From assembly GCF_009914755.1 (NCBI RefSeq), contig NC_060935.1: a DNA stretch of 64,000 nucleotides; one strand, written 5' to 3'. The translations under genes were made by a program, and so were the position numbers. The notes under the pieces are model-generated. The model ran no database searches. It had not been told where the DNA came from and saw only the letters and a program-made list of their open reading frames with translations. This document shows positions 12,261 to 24,343 of this stretch, piece after piece (position 1 is the stretch's first letter; the number at the start of each line of letters is the position of its first letter). Origin of the DNA: the human T2T-CHM13v2.0 reference genome, Homo sapiens.

Positions 12261-13277
12261 ACTTGAAAAATCCCCTCTCATCATAGCCTTCCAAATTTCT
12301 GAATCTAGTTCTTGATTTTTCTAATGAGGTCTAGAATTTTTGCCAATACAAGGAACAGTTTTTGGCAGCTTTCTGCATCTTCACTTCCTTTCAATACCAA
12401 GCCTAGTGGAGAGCAAAATTAGCCTGCCAATCACTCAGAGGCGTATGGGCCCCAGGAAATTAAATTCCCCCTCTCTCCAGCTGTCTATCCCCAGTGCCAG
12501 GTACCAAATGAACACGCGCCATACGTTGCGGTTCCCGTGTCTTCTTCCTATATGTTAATTTGATAATTTTAGTAAAATAAACCAAGTAGATTTGAGATGT
12601 AGTTCATTATCCCCAAAGTCAAGAGATTATAGAATGCCGTGAGTCAGAAGGGGGCCACTGCTCTCTTCCATTGTTTTTTTTTTTTTTTTTTTAGATTTTA
12701 ATATTTCCTTTTTCTGGCAACATTTAAAAGCCACTCTTTTACATCTGTTGCCATCCTTTAATGACAGACAGAATAAAGGGATGATTGTTACTCAGAGAAG
12801 CTAAACAAAGGGACTAGGATCACTTGGCACATCCTCGTGTGTGGCTGACTTTGAACTCCTGGAGCCCATATCCTCCGCGCTTCTGCTGGGCACCAGAGGC
12901 AGAACCCGCGGAACTGCTTCCTGCAGCCACGGATGGGTACCCACCAAGCCTTAGGGAGAACCGTGCTCTAAATGCCATCTGTGTTTGCCAGTGGCATTCA
13001 CGCGTCCCCTCCTGTCCTGCAGGGAAATTAAGAAGGGATCTCCTCTCAAGGCTGACACCTGGAGACAGCGGCTTCCTCTTACACATCCTTCCCACGCCTC
13101 ATCTCTGGAGTGAGTTATCTTAATCCTGACATTTGCCCAGCCATTCAGAATGTAAACCTTTTTGTACTACAGGGTAACAAATATTTTGGGTAAACAGTGA
13201 TTGCATTGATGTGGAAAGCCAAGTAGAGATCCCTGGCAAGTGAAGGATAAAGAGCTTTGTCCATACTGTTTGGTCAC

Positions 13278-13627
13278 TGTTATGAGCTGAACAGGGTCTT
13301 TCCAAAATTTACATGTTGAAGTCCTGACCTCCAGTAATTCAGAAGGTGACTGTATTGGGAGATACTTAAAGAGGTGATTAGGGCAAAAAGAGGTCATATG
13401 GCTAGGACCGAATCCAATATGACGAATGTCCTTATAGAAAGTGATTGGGACACAGCACACAGGGAGGAGAGTTCATGTGAAGACACAGAGACGCCTAAGA
13501 GGAAACTGACACTGCTGACACATTGATCTTGAACTTCTAACCTGCAGAGTGTGAGGAAATAAATTTCTGTTGTCTAAGCTACCCAGTCTATGGTATTTTA
13601 TTATGGCAGCTCTAGCAAACTAACAAA
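13278..13627 (+). mobile_element. MLT1 (MLT1B-like) MaLR solo LTR
   Basis: TGTTATGAGCTGAA..CATGTTGAAGTCCTGACC..AATAAATTTCTGTTGTCTAAGC..GCAAACTAAC; 5-bp TSD GTCAC at 13273-13277 and 13628-13632. Confidence 0.92.
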
Positions 13628-13744
13628 GTCACAAAATGCATTCATCTAGACTCAGTCCCAATGTCTGGGAACAAGCAGAACTGGCCGTGGGCCACGGAAA
13701 AGAGGCAGGCTTGTGAGACAAATTCCCACCCCACCGTATTTTGC

Positions 13745-13880
13745 CTGACTTTTGTCAAGTTCCCATGTTGATCCCCAGTTTCCTTATCTGTACAATGGGT
13801 ATGATATATATCTCATTGCTGTTTTGAAAATTAACTGAGATAAGGAATAATAAATATTTTAAGACACGCATTGCTCAGTA
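13745..13880 (+). mobile_element. MIR fragment
   Basis: CCCCAGTTTCCTTATCTGTACAATGGG..AAAATTAACTGAGATAA. Confidence 0.65.
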
Positions 13881-14228
13881 TCCAGTTTTGCTGACTCAAT
13901 TTCTCTTAATGGTCATAGGAATAAAAATACACAGTAAATGTGATGTTGTAATGTGTGGTATATATTAGGCTACATATTCACTAAAGTCACTGCATCAGTC
14001 TGTTGTATTTTTTTCTTCTGGTAATTGGAGACAACACATCTATTCTGAGGATTCAGTGCCCAGGGCTATTGAATTCCTCAACCCATGGTCAAGTGACTGA
14101 GTGAGGCCAGCCCTTCACCCTTCACCCTGCCTATCACTCCTTAGCTCTCAGCCTTACTGCTGTGGGAGAAGCAGTGCCATAGAATATGGCTCATGAGATG
14201 TCCACACCCTGCCCCTGGCCCTGCCTCC

Positions 14229-14711
14229 TGTCTTATAATTGCCAGAGGGTTCCTTTATTTCAATGAAACTTACAGTTACAAACAGCTACGGCCAGACTCA
14301 TGGATTCACTTCTAATGACTAGCTTCACTGAGGAGGAGATCATTGACCATAATATACCACAAATGCACAAGGCGTTGCGAGGGCAGGAGACCACCTGACT
14401 GCCCCCAGCCTGGCCTACCCCATTGGAGCCATGCCTACAACCACCCCTCACAGAACAGAGGATCCCAGAATGAAGAGACATACTCGACAAACACATGCAT
14501 TTCTGACATCCTGAGATGGGAGATGCCTATGATCTCTGGGCAGAGGTTGACTGAAAGCCAAGTAGCCCTGGATGACGTTCCCAGAGTCCCCGACCCACAA
14601 CAGAGTCCTCAGCCTCTCTGGTCCACAAATGGATAAGATCAGTGCAACAGAGACGTCCAGGGTCCTGGTGAAGGACTCACAAAGCTGCACTCACTAAAGG
14701 CTGGTGACACA
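14229..14711 (-). mobile_element. Probable old ERV solo LTR, family not assigned
   Basis: ~480 bp with TG...CA termini and a minus-strand AATAAA about 25 nt before the 3' CA. No clear TSD. Confidence 0.45.
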
Positions 14712-15099
14712 CTACCATTCCAGTGGGATGACTTACCAGGGAGGGGGGCATTCTTTTCCAGCTGTGGCTGGGATCAACATTTCTGGAAGCTGAGCTATTG
14801 ATCTGTGGCTGGGTGAGTAAAGATCCAGGTCTCACATCTGAGCGATTCAGCCCCATGCACTGGGGTCTGGGGCCGTGCAGTGTTCTCTAAGGAACTGACT
14901 TGGAGGCCTAGGGGACCCTAGCAGAAGGGGAGTGCTTTGGCTGGCCCTTTGCTCCATTGCCATGGCCTTGGTCCTCACAATTATGCTGCAAGGAAGTAAG
15001 TGGGTTTCAGGGCTGGCTTATTGGATCTTGCCATCCCACCTCTGTGCCCTACCTGGGATTCCTTCATTTAAAAGCTTCTTTTTCCCTTAAAGAGGAGGA

Positions 15100-15520
15100 C
15101 CCCAATTCTGGGCAGAATCTACAAAGCCTGTGGATCCTGGCCTCTGCTTGCTCTCCAACTCTGCTCTTCCGTGGGTTGTTCTTGTTCCAGCCACCTGGGC
15201 TTTGCCGTAGTCCTTACTCCTTCTGCCTAGAAAGCACTTCTGATCCCTCTGTTACTGGGTGACCCTCAGTACCTTTAATAATTCAACCGAAGACCCTTCC
15301 TTGGGAAAGCCTTCCTGATCCCCAGGCTGGGTGCTCACCCTTGAATCCACCCTTTTTCTTCCATGCATTTGTTTTGCTTTGTATGTAAGCATTCATTGGT
15401 GCTCTGATTCCAGCTCCCCAGTAGGGGAGCAGCCCCATGACAGCAGGTGATACACCTTCTTTTGCCCCCAGTGAGCTTCCCAGAACCTGGAACCATGTGA
15501 GTACTAATCCTGGTCATGGA
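15100..15520 (+). mobile_element. L2 LINE 3' fragment
   Basis: GGGCTTTGCC..CCTTCTGCCTAGAAAGCACTT..CTTCCTTGGGAAAGCCTTCCTGATCCCC..AGCTCCCCAGTAGGG. Confidence 0.65.
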
Positions 15521-15634
15521 GGGACCCAGAGAAAGTTTCCTGCCTTACAGCAGTGAGCAAGTGTTCAGCCTCGTGCTTCTCTCAACAGGAATAGCCCAGG
15601 AGTGAAACGTCCCTGAGCAGACCTTGAGACTTTG

Positions 15635-15789
15635 AGGGCTTCTCACCCTGATCTCACCTTAGAACCACCCAGGAACTTTTAAACCCATGGACGCCCTCCC
15701 CACATGCCTGAGATTCCAACTCAAACAGCCTGGGTGGGCCTGGGCATCCGCAGGTGTCTCCTCTGTGCTACCAGGATTGGGACCCACTG
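15635..15789. mobile_element. MER5-family DNA transposon relic
   Basis: GCTTCTCACCCTGA..TTAGAACCACCCAGGAACTTTTAAA..CCAGGATTGGGACCCACTG. Confidence 0.6.
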
Positions 15790-15899
15790 CCTGGAGACAC
15801 CCTCTCTTCCCACTGCTGGGTTTTGATTAGTTGAACTCCAAGGGCACCTCTCTTCCAAGTTAATAGTCATAGTTGCCGCACACTGTGCAATCCACTTCT

Positions 15900-16075
15900 G
15901 GTGCCTTGTGCGGCTTGAGCTTCATAATGATGAGAGATAGCTTTTGTCGTTCCTATTTTGTGGTTGAGAAGCTGCAGCCAGGGGAGGTTAAGTATCTTGA
16001 ACAAGGCCTTGCAACTCACATGAGAAGAAGCAGGATTTGAACTCATGCCAATGGAACACGAGCCTGGGCTGTTAG
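15900..16075 (-). mobile_element. MIR fragment
   Basis: CCTATTTTGTGGTTGAGAAGCTG..GAGGTTAAGTATCTTGAACAAGG..GCAGGATTTGAACTC. Confidence 0.7.
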
Positions 16076-16163
16076 TGTCTATATTATATCACCTTACGTT
16101 CTTGTGGCAGAGGACTTTGGAAGCACTTTGTGTCATGCATATATGTGTGCATGTATATCTACC

Positions 16164-16210
<47 letters not shown>
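16164..16210. repeat. (TCTA)11 tetranucleotide STR
   Basis: Perfect TCTA run read directly. Confidence 0.95.
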
Positions 16211-17101
16211 GTAAATAAATATCTTCTACAGCACTTACTATCAGCAATGCCTGGATATTCCTAAGTATTCCCAGGTAGTACTACTAATTGTGAGTGGAGA
16301 TTTTAAAAAAAAAACAAAAACCTTGATTATATGTTACAAGTCCCTAAGTGGTTGGGCTGTGGCCCCTCACCTGCTTGTAGCTTTGAGTGGAGAAAGGACA
16401 GCACCCGCGTGGCCACCGAAACAAGCTCTCCTGGCCCTTTCCCCTGTTGGATAGGAACAAGGGGCAGGATATAATGAGTCTAAAGCAGAGACTTAAGATG
16501 ACTCCTTTCTTCCCCCTTCTAATCCCCAATTTCAGACAAACATGGGGCCCAGAAGTGAGTGAGGGAATTAAATTAAGGAACACAATTTCTCCCTGTCATT
16601 GAACTCTGACTAATGAGTCTATTTCTGGGTAATAAGAAGGAGCAGGAAGTGACAAGGCAGTGTAATGAATTAGTGGCCCAGAACCTCGTTAGTCAGAATA
16701 ATCTTTCCACAAAAGGTAAATGATGCAAATGTTAATTATAAAGCCAGGGTGGAAATGCATCCCATTATTTGGCTTCCTAAGAAATCTATCCCAGTTATTA
16801 TGAGGCATTTCAAACAACAATAACAATAATAATAAAGTAAGGCTCAGTGAGAACTTTAGTCCTTGGGGAGACTTGTTCCACTGGTGGTGGCCGGTAGGGG
16901 GAGCACAGCTTTCTGCTTTCAAAAGGGGCTGGAGCTTGGGGAAGCCACCACGCCCCTCTGGGTTTTGTACCAGGAAAGATGCGGTAGAGTCCCTGTCCCG
17001 GTTTCTCTGTGCCCCGTAGGGTTGGTCATTCAGGGCTGTCCACTCTAGTCATCCAGATCCAGATGAGGTGAGGAGTTTAACTAGAAGTTTCCCCCATCCA
17101 A

Positions 17102-17122
17102 AGAGAGAGAGAGAGAGAGAGA
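17102..17122. repeat. (AG)n microsatellite
   Basis: About 10 AG units. Confidence 0.9.
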
Positions 17123-17184
17123 ACAAGGCTGAGGATTTTGCAGGAACTCTGGCATGTTAAAGGGGGTCAGAGATCAAAACCATG

Positions 17185-17390
17185 GAGGAAATAGAGGTTA
17201 AGAGGTCAGGCTCTGGAATCAGCCAAGCTGAAACCCTGGCTCGCCATGATTGGAAAAGTCCCGTAGCCTGGTTTCCTGCTCTGAGAACTGGTGGCTACCA
17301 GAGGCATCTGTTTAAGGAGGTTTTTATGAGCATTAAGTGAGGTGTGCATGTGAGATACTTAGCATCCATTAAGTGCTTCATAGATGCCAC
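17185..17390 (+). mobile_element. MIR fragment
   Basis: GGTTAAGAGGTCAGGCTCTGGAATCAG..TATGAGCATTAAGTGAG..CTTAGCA. Confidence 0.65.
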
Positions 17391-18230
17391 TGATAATGTG
17401 TTTTGAATGCAGAGTGAAGGTTGTAGAGCTGGAAGGCATGTTAGGGGCATGTTAGGGGCATTGAAGGAGGCTCCCTTGTTGCACAGGTGAGGGGGGAGGG
17501 CAACGTCACTCAGCAATTCAGCGGTGGGGGCACCGAGGCTTCCGGCTCCAGGCTCAGGTGAGGCTCTGTCATCTCAGGCTGTTTGTCATAGCCTGGGTTT
17601 TTGGCCACAGCATAGAAGGGAGGCAGCAGGGGAAAGACAGGAAGCTAAATCAGTCTCAAGAAATGCAGTTGCTGAGACCATTCCTCAGGAGAGCAAATAA
17701 ACCATATTAAAACTATAAAAAAGTATCCTGCAGCTCCGTGGTAATAAACTTGTCTGTGACTTCACGGCTTAGAAGGTCCCAGCTTCTGAAGATTTGAGCG
17801 ATCTCTTGCCCGCAAAGGGGCCGGATAAGTCATTTGCTGAAGGGAGAGAAGTTTGAAGCAAAGATGCTGGCACTCTCCGGAGCCTCCTTCCAGGTGGCGT
17901 CCGATTGAAGCGGAGGCTGGGAGCTGCTTTTGTTTTGAAGGCTTTGTCGGTGTCTGACTGGCAACTCTTGGTAATGAGAGAAGAAAAAACAATTAATTGG
18001 AAATGAATTTTAATTGTCTCTGACTCCTCATTTGTAGGCTATTAAAATGAGTTCCCTATTAAAATATCACATCAGCTGCCTCACTCCAAGATAACAGAAG
18101 GCGCCCCAAAAGCTCTTCTCCTGCCACGTCCAGTACCCACTCCACCCTCATCCCCTTTGGCAAAAAGTGGGCTCGGAGGTTTTAAGCAAAATGAACCAAA
18201 GAAGGAAAAATAGAAAAAAATTGCTCTCAA

Positions 18231-18331
18231 ATCTTTCCTTTCTTTCTTTCTTTCTTTCTCTCCCTCTCTCTCTTACTTTCTTCCTTCCTTCCTTCCTTTC
18301 TTTCTTTCTCTTTCTTTCTTCTTTCTTTCTT
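18231..18331. repeat. Polypyrimidine low-complexity tract (CTTT/CCTT/CT)
   Basis: About 100 bp of almost pure C/T. Confidence 0.9.
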
Positions 18332-19408
18332 ATACATTTATTTATTTTTGCTAAGGAATACATGTCTGCATTCATGTAGTATTCTGTGGCTGTCTGTTTC
18401 GTTCCCATTTCTGAGTGCTGTGGCAACGTGGGTTGGAAAGCAGGGCTCCGCTGGAGCTGGGCCTTCTCTGCCAGCTGCTCAGTCTCTACCTGGAATGGAG
18501 GCTGTAGTGGGGCTGGGGTGAGGCCAAGGGAAATGGACATGTGGTACTGGGGCAGGAGACAAGGCTAGGAGGCCTGACAGTCGAGGGCTAGGACTACTGT
18601 GTCCCCTTCTCCTCTCTGCCTCACTTGCTCCTCTACCCCACTGGGTCAGGGAGGTTCATTTCTCGACATGGATGCTGTCCGAGAGGCGTAGCCCTTCTTG
18701 GAGGCCTCAGATCTAGGCTAAAACCACCTCTGATGCTGCCCGGCGAGGTGGCTGTGTGATCAGAGCCAGCCCCTTCCCCTCTGCTCCCTCTGTGAGCAAT
18801 CCTAGGTATTCACTCAGTAGATGCTAAAGGCCTGGGGCCCAGGAGGCTCCCAGGGAATGTGGCCCCCAGCCCCTTCTGAAAACAGACGTCCTTCCCTCTG
18901 CTTCACTGTCGGCAGAGGCTCCCCTCTTCCTCCTGCTCTGTCCTTTCTCACTCCATCCTCCCTTCTCTGTTTCCTGCCCCCATCATCTTTCTTCTGACCC
19001 TTCCTCCCAGCCCTGTTTCTCTCCAGGCAAAAGCGCCAGGAATTCCTGCCCAACAGGCTCTGCTCAAGAACTTGCTAGGAGGCTTTTGGCCCTTGCCTTT
19101 CTAGGTAAGGTCTGCACTCAGCAACTTTATGGATGCCAGGAGGGAGCCATTCCTATCTCCCCCAGGCAGAGGCATAATCAGCCTAGAAGGCCAGTTCCAC
19201 CCCTAGCCTCCCTGGGGCGCTATCTGGCGTCTATACTCATCCTCCCCGCCCAACCCCATCACTGCACACTTTATTTATGGAAGGCCAGGGACACCTGTCT
19301 CCATCCTTCTACATTACCTGCATATTCACAGGATCCACCACAGCTCCTGCTTGCCTGGGCCTTGTCAGCTCTGGGCTTGCAGAGAATGTGGTTGAATCAG
19401 TGTTAGCC

Positions 19409-19494
19409 CTGGGCTGGCAGGGCCTACCGGTGGCTGCCCTCACCCTCCTCTGGGCTGGCAGGGCCTACCGGTGGCTACCCTCACCCTCCTCTGG
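19409..19494. repeat. 41-bp tandem duplication (2 copies)
   Basis: CTGGGCTGGCAGGGCCTACCGGTGGCT(G/A)CCCTCACCCTCCT starting at 19409 and 19450; one mismatch. Confidence 0.93.
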
Positions 19495-20730
19495 AGCCCA
19501 CGCTGGGCTGGGCATATCTGCGACTTGGCAGAGGTGGCAAATGGCTCAGAGCCCTGTGAGAACCACCAAGACTCAGCGGTATAGGAAGCAGACGCCTTGG
19601 GCTAATTCACAGGCCACTGGAGAGTGACAAAGCGCCCATCGACAGTGGTCGATCAAAGAAGTGGCATCGAAAGTGGCAAAGAGAAGTGTGTCCCCTGAGC
19701 TCGCCTCAGAGTAATGACCTGGACGCTGGTGGAGGCAATGATATTTGTTGGTTTGAGAGCTAAGGCCCCTCTGAAGGCCAAGTCAAGGTTTGGGGGCTCC
19801 AAACCTTGGACAGCAGCAGGTGCTTGGCTCCGGGACAAAGAGGCCTCTGTCCCGGCTCCACCTGAGAGCACTGGGCTGGCTGTTGGCTGCCCCCTGGCTG
19901 CACCGCCTCTCAGCAGCAGATGGCCAGGGGCCCGCAGCGTGCCCTCGCTGTGTTCCTCTCCACGTGCACATCCCTTTCTCTTTGTCTTTCTACACAAATT
20001 GCCTGTTTCTGGAGTGGACTCGGCTTTCCACACCATGGGTCCGGGAGGACCGGCCTTCTTGGCAGGCGTGGGAGGAACAAGCCTGCGTGGTGCTGTCCCT
20101 CCCTCCCCACCAGGAGCAGAGCAGCAAGGGGACCCTTGAACATTTCCCCTCTGGGGAGGCCTCAAAGCATAGCACAGGCCCGAATGCATTGAGGGTTCAG
20201 GCAGGGATGCCAGCGAGCCAGGCTTCTGGGGCCAGGTGAAGGCAGAGGCGGCGACTTGAGCAAATGAGCCTCCTTTGAAGGCACCGCACCCCCACCGAGG
20301 ACACTGGGCCTGCTTCACGAAGCACGCGTGGGCGTGTTTGGATGAGCGCTGTGTGGCTCTGCAGCTCCGAGGAAACCGCATCAGACACCCCGACAGCTGG
20401 AGTGCCTCACCCTTTCAGTCTCCCTGGGATTCCAGGCCGTTCTCTTCGGCCTGGCCTCTTCCTATTCACCCATCAGACCAGGCTCAAACCCACCTTGTCT
20501 TGTTCATGGTGCTGTAGGCTGGCATTAATTGTATGACAGAATGTTTATTCATATATATATTTTCCCACTAGACTCTGGTGCCAATAGGAAAGGGACACAA
20601 TTCTACTTAGGTATTTAGTACTCCTGGTACATAGTAGGGCCTCTGTGGAGGCTTATGGAATTCAAATACCCATGGACCAGCCTTGGCCTCTTCTTTCTGG
20701 CCTTCAAAAGAAAGGCTTTGCGATAAGTTC

Positions 20731-20998
20731 TCCCTTAAAACAGAGAAGACCACGGTGCCGGGGTGGGGGTGGGGTGTGACCGTGTTCCTTGCCTATTTCC
20801 CTTACAACAGAGAAGACCACGGTGCCGGGGTGGGGGTGGGGAGTGACCGTGTTCCTTGTCTATTTCCCTTAAAACAGAGAAGACCACGGTGCCGGGGTAG
20901 GGGTGGGGAGTGACCGTGTTCCTTGTCTATTTCCCTTAAAACAGAGAAGACCACGGTGCCGGGGTGGGGGTGGGGAGTGACCTCGTTCCTTGTCTATT
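20731..20998. repeat. 67-bp minisatellite, 4 copies, G-run rich
   Basis: Units start at 20731, 20798, 20865 and 20932: TCCCTTAAAACAGAGAAGACCACGGTGCCGGGGTGGGGGTGGGGAGTGACCGTGTTCCTTGTCTATT. Confidence 0.96.
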
Positions 20999-22054
20999 TT
21001 AGGCTTTAGCCTAAAAATAGATGGGGATGGAGAGGGCTAGGGAGGGCAGGAGGGTCAGAAAACTCCTGAGGTTTCTGGTGGTAAATTGTGAGTACAACAA
21101 TGGATCAAGAAGGTGACCCCAGAACCCTTGCTGTGTGCCCACTGGGGTACAGCTGGTGACCAGGAGGATGCTCAGGGCTGCCTGTGGGCTCCTGAGTGGA
21201 GAGACTTGAGGTTGACCAGTCCATTTCCACTAACTTTGTAGGATGCCTACCTTAGAGGACAAAGGAGGCTGGTGGCCTTCTCTGAGCAGGGCATTATGGT
21301 GGCCCCAAAAGGATCACAGGGCCCTTTCTGCCAGCCCCCAGGCCTGTACTTTGTAAGAACTGCAAATTGTGTCCTCATTGTCTGTGTGTATGTGTTTCAG
21401 TGTGTGTGTCTTTCTTCTTATCTCTTCATCATCTGGGTCACCTGCCCACCTCTGGACAAAGCTTGCATTTAAATATGGTGCCAGACAGTGACGTGATACA
21501 GTTAGCGGGTGATGCTTGCTGCTCTAATTTTGTCTGCTTTTGGGAACTCTGCAAAAATGCTCTTCCATCCCTCACTGGGAGCACTGCTGGACAAATGGTA
21601 CTAAAGGGACCTGTACCTTGGGGGGCCCAGGTGACACCTGAGACCCTCTGTAGACAGCATGGCAGCCCTCCACTCTCTCGGCTCTCCTTCCTGAGGCTGG
21701 AGAACAGAGATCTCACGTTTGCAGAAGTCCTTTTAAAACAAAGTGCCAGAACAAGGATTTGACATCACCAGTGAGAAAAAATAAATTCATTTTTGCCCAC
21801 ACCTCCACTCCCCCGTCTGTTGGTGTCAGACTCTGATGGGTTGAAAGGCGGCACAAAGAGAAAGAGGGTAGGGAGATGATGGCAACTCGGGGAGATAATT
21901 GACTTCAGAAATGCTATGTCTTGGATGTAGGAAGAAAACAAGTGAAAATATGTTATTTTACAACCTTGATACTTCTGACCTCATGGAAAAAACATACACA
22001 CACAGCGTAGGGTGAGCAGGTAGGCAGGAGGAAGGGTCCTAGCACGGGGTGCGG

Positions 22055-22071
22055 GCGCCCTCGCGTGGCCA
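22055..22071 (-). promoter_or_regulatory. Candidate CTCF motif, reverse orientation
   Basis: Minus strand reads TGGCCACGCGAGGGCGC, two mismatches to TGGCCACCAGAGGGCGC, in a local CpG cluster. Confidence 0.45.
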
Positions 22072-23377
22072 TGAGAAGTAGTGCCACACGCACACGTTCT
22101 CTTTCCCAGAGAAGCAGACGTGCTGCACAAGTGCTTGGCCACCGCCTACACTGAAACTGGAAAGAGCTCACTGAAAAGGAATGCAGTTCATAAAAAGTCT
22201 TCCTTCTCTACCCAAGACATTCTTGTCACTCCTAGGGCTGTCATTCTTGAAAAGGAGAGGCTGGTATAGTAGGAAGAAAGCTCAATCCTAAAGCTCAGTT
22301 TGGTGTTTGTGGCTTAGCGGCTGGACGTCCTTAGTGGGTCTTGGCTTGTCGCCTGTAAAGTGATCAGCATGACCTGGATGGTGCTTCTGCTTCCCTGCAG
22401 CTGGGATGCTCTGGCCTTGAGGATGCTGAAACACCAGAGAGCTGGCCACTCGCTGGTATCAGTCGGGCAAGCGAACTCTTTGTGTGGGATTGCTTCATTT
22501 CATTTGAAGTCATTCATTGCTATGATTGTAGTCTTTTTCTGGTTCCCATGAATCTGGTGTTGGCTCAGTGTAACAGAACCAGCCTTATTGTTCCCATTTG
22601 CAGTTACAAGAATATTGCCATTGTTATTTGCAAGCTTGATTTCCCTGTCTGGTTACCTGTAATGCTGCTTCTCTGAAATTCTCTGAAAGACAGAAAAACC
22701 TTCCCCGCGGGATATAGGTTATCAGGCACCTAAACTCATTGCAGCTCCAAGACATGCATGGATTAGGGACCAAGATGTGGGGCTCATAGTTTACAGAATT
22801 TGGTCTTATATTCTCCCTTTCATCTGGATCTTCATACAGCTACTCACTTGCTGCTAGAAAAGAAAGCTCCCAGTGTGCCAGATGGATTCCAAAGTCCCAT
22901 TTCCTGCATTCATCCCACCATATTTGAAGACTCTTTTCTTTTCAAATGCTTAGCCCGGGTGAGCAGACCTCAACCTTCGCCTAGCACCCATCTTCCTGAT
23001 CCTGCCTGAGCTTCCAGATCCCCAGTTCCATCTTTACTTTGGTTCTTGTATAAGACGAAGAGAGCATTTATCTTTTCTGTTTAAACCCTTGGGATATTTC
23101 TGTTTAGCAAGACAGCAATTTCGGGCAGCTACACTGTTTTATTAAGTATATTAAACAGCAGAGTAGCTCATCTGTTGTCGACTGGCTTTCTTGGCTCAAA
23201 CCCAATATATCACGGGTGGTTTTCCCAACACATTTTTAAATTCTTATTACTGGCTAGGATATGATTTCACAAATGTTATTATAATAATTCATTAGTATCT
23301 TACATAACCAGTAATACAGACTGAACCTTTGCCAAATGCATTGTTATAACTTTTTGGAATGGTGGCCGCATTAATTA

Positions 23378-23610
23378 ATCATTGCTTGTTGAGTGCCTAC
23401 TATGAGCAAGAGAATTTGCATTTTTGTTCTTTCATTTCTCATGACAGCCCAATAAGGGAGGTAGGATTATCTCATTTTAACCAAAGGAGACTCTGAGGCC
23501 GAGGGAGGCTGAGCGGCTTACTCGAGTTCTCGCAGCTGCTATATCCTAGAGGAGACCAAATTCACACCCAGCTTGGACTCCAAAGCTTGTACATTTCTCA
23601 TCATGTGACC
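23378..23610 (-). mobile_element. Near full-length MIR
   Basis: TTGAGTGCCTACTATGAGC..GAGGTAGGATTATCTCATTTT..CTGAGGC..GACTCCAAAGC. Confidence 0.75.
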
Positions 23611-24089
23611 CTCCACCCACAGACTGTCTGAGTACAAAATTCCACAGAGGGCCTTGACTCAGAAGACCCTCTGCCAGCATTTTGTCTGTGGTTTTGTGTG
23701 TCGTCTCAGATGAAGGTGACTCAAGACTTCAGGCAGAGGATGTTTTCCATTTAAATCCCCTAAAAGAAAATGGCCCTGTTTCTAGAAGAGAGAAAAGCCC
23801 AGACGTCTGCTTGACTTTGCTTCCAGGGGCAAGGACTGGGGTCCAGATCCATAATCTGGGAGAGTCTTTTATGGCTTTCACCTTTGGTGTTGAAGAGGAC
23901 TGGCAAGCAAACCCCTTGGACCAATGGTTTCACCCTTGGAAACTTAGCTGGGTAGGTCCATGTCACCATGGGACTGGACTGACATTTAGCCAGATTTTGA
24001 AATGAGAGACTTGAACCTGAACCCTTGCTTTTCTCTTCTGGATAATTTGATTTTTAGCAAGAGGCTGTTGGAAGACACAAAGGTCCATT

Positions 24090-24335
24090 TTGTCTCAAAA
24101 CAGGTGAACATAGGGAGGAGAAACTGAAAAGGGAGGCTTTGGGAGCACATAACTGTTTTCAGATATTTAAGTGCTGTTTGGTAGAAAAGGAATGAGATGT
24201 TTTCTGTATAATTACATAAAACAAAACCAAGACTGATGGACAGAAGTTATTTGGGAGCAATCTGTTCAATATAAAGGAAATTTTAAGGGTCTAAGCTACC
24301 CAAAGAAGTGAAGGGCTGCGTTGGAGTTTTTCTAG
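24090..24335 (+). mobile_element. L3/CR1 LINE fragment
   Basis: CATAACTGTTTTCAGATATTTAAG..AAAACCAAGACTGATGGACAGAAGTTA..TCAATATAAAGGAAA. Confidence 0.6.
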
Positions 24336-24343
24336 CACTGAGG

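Noticed and set aside
19653-20381. 242-aa ORF and overlapping ORFs
   Set aside because: GC-rich sequence open in several frames on both strands, with no recognisable homology.
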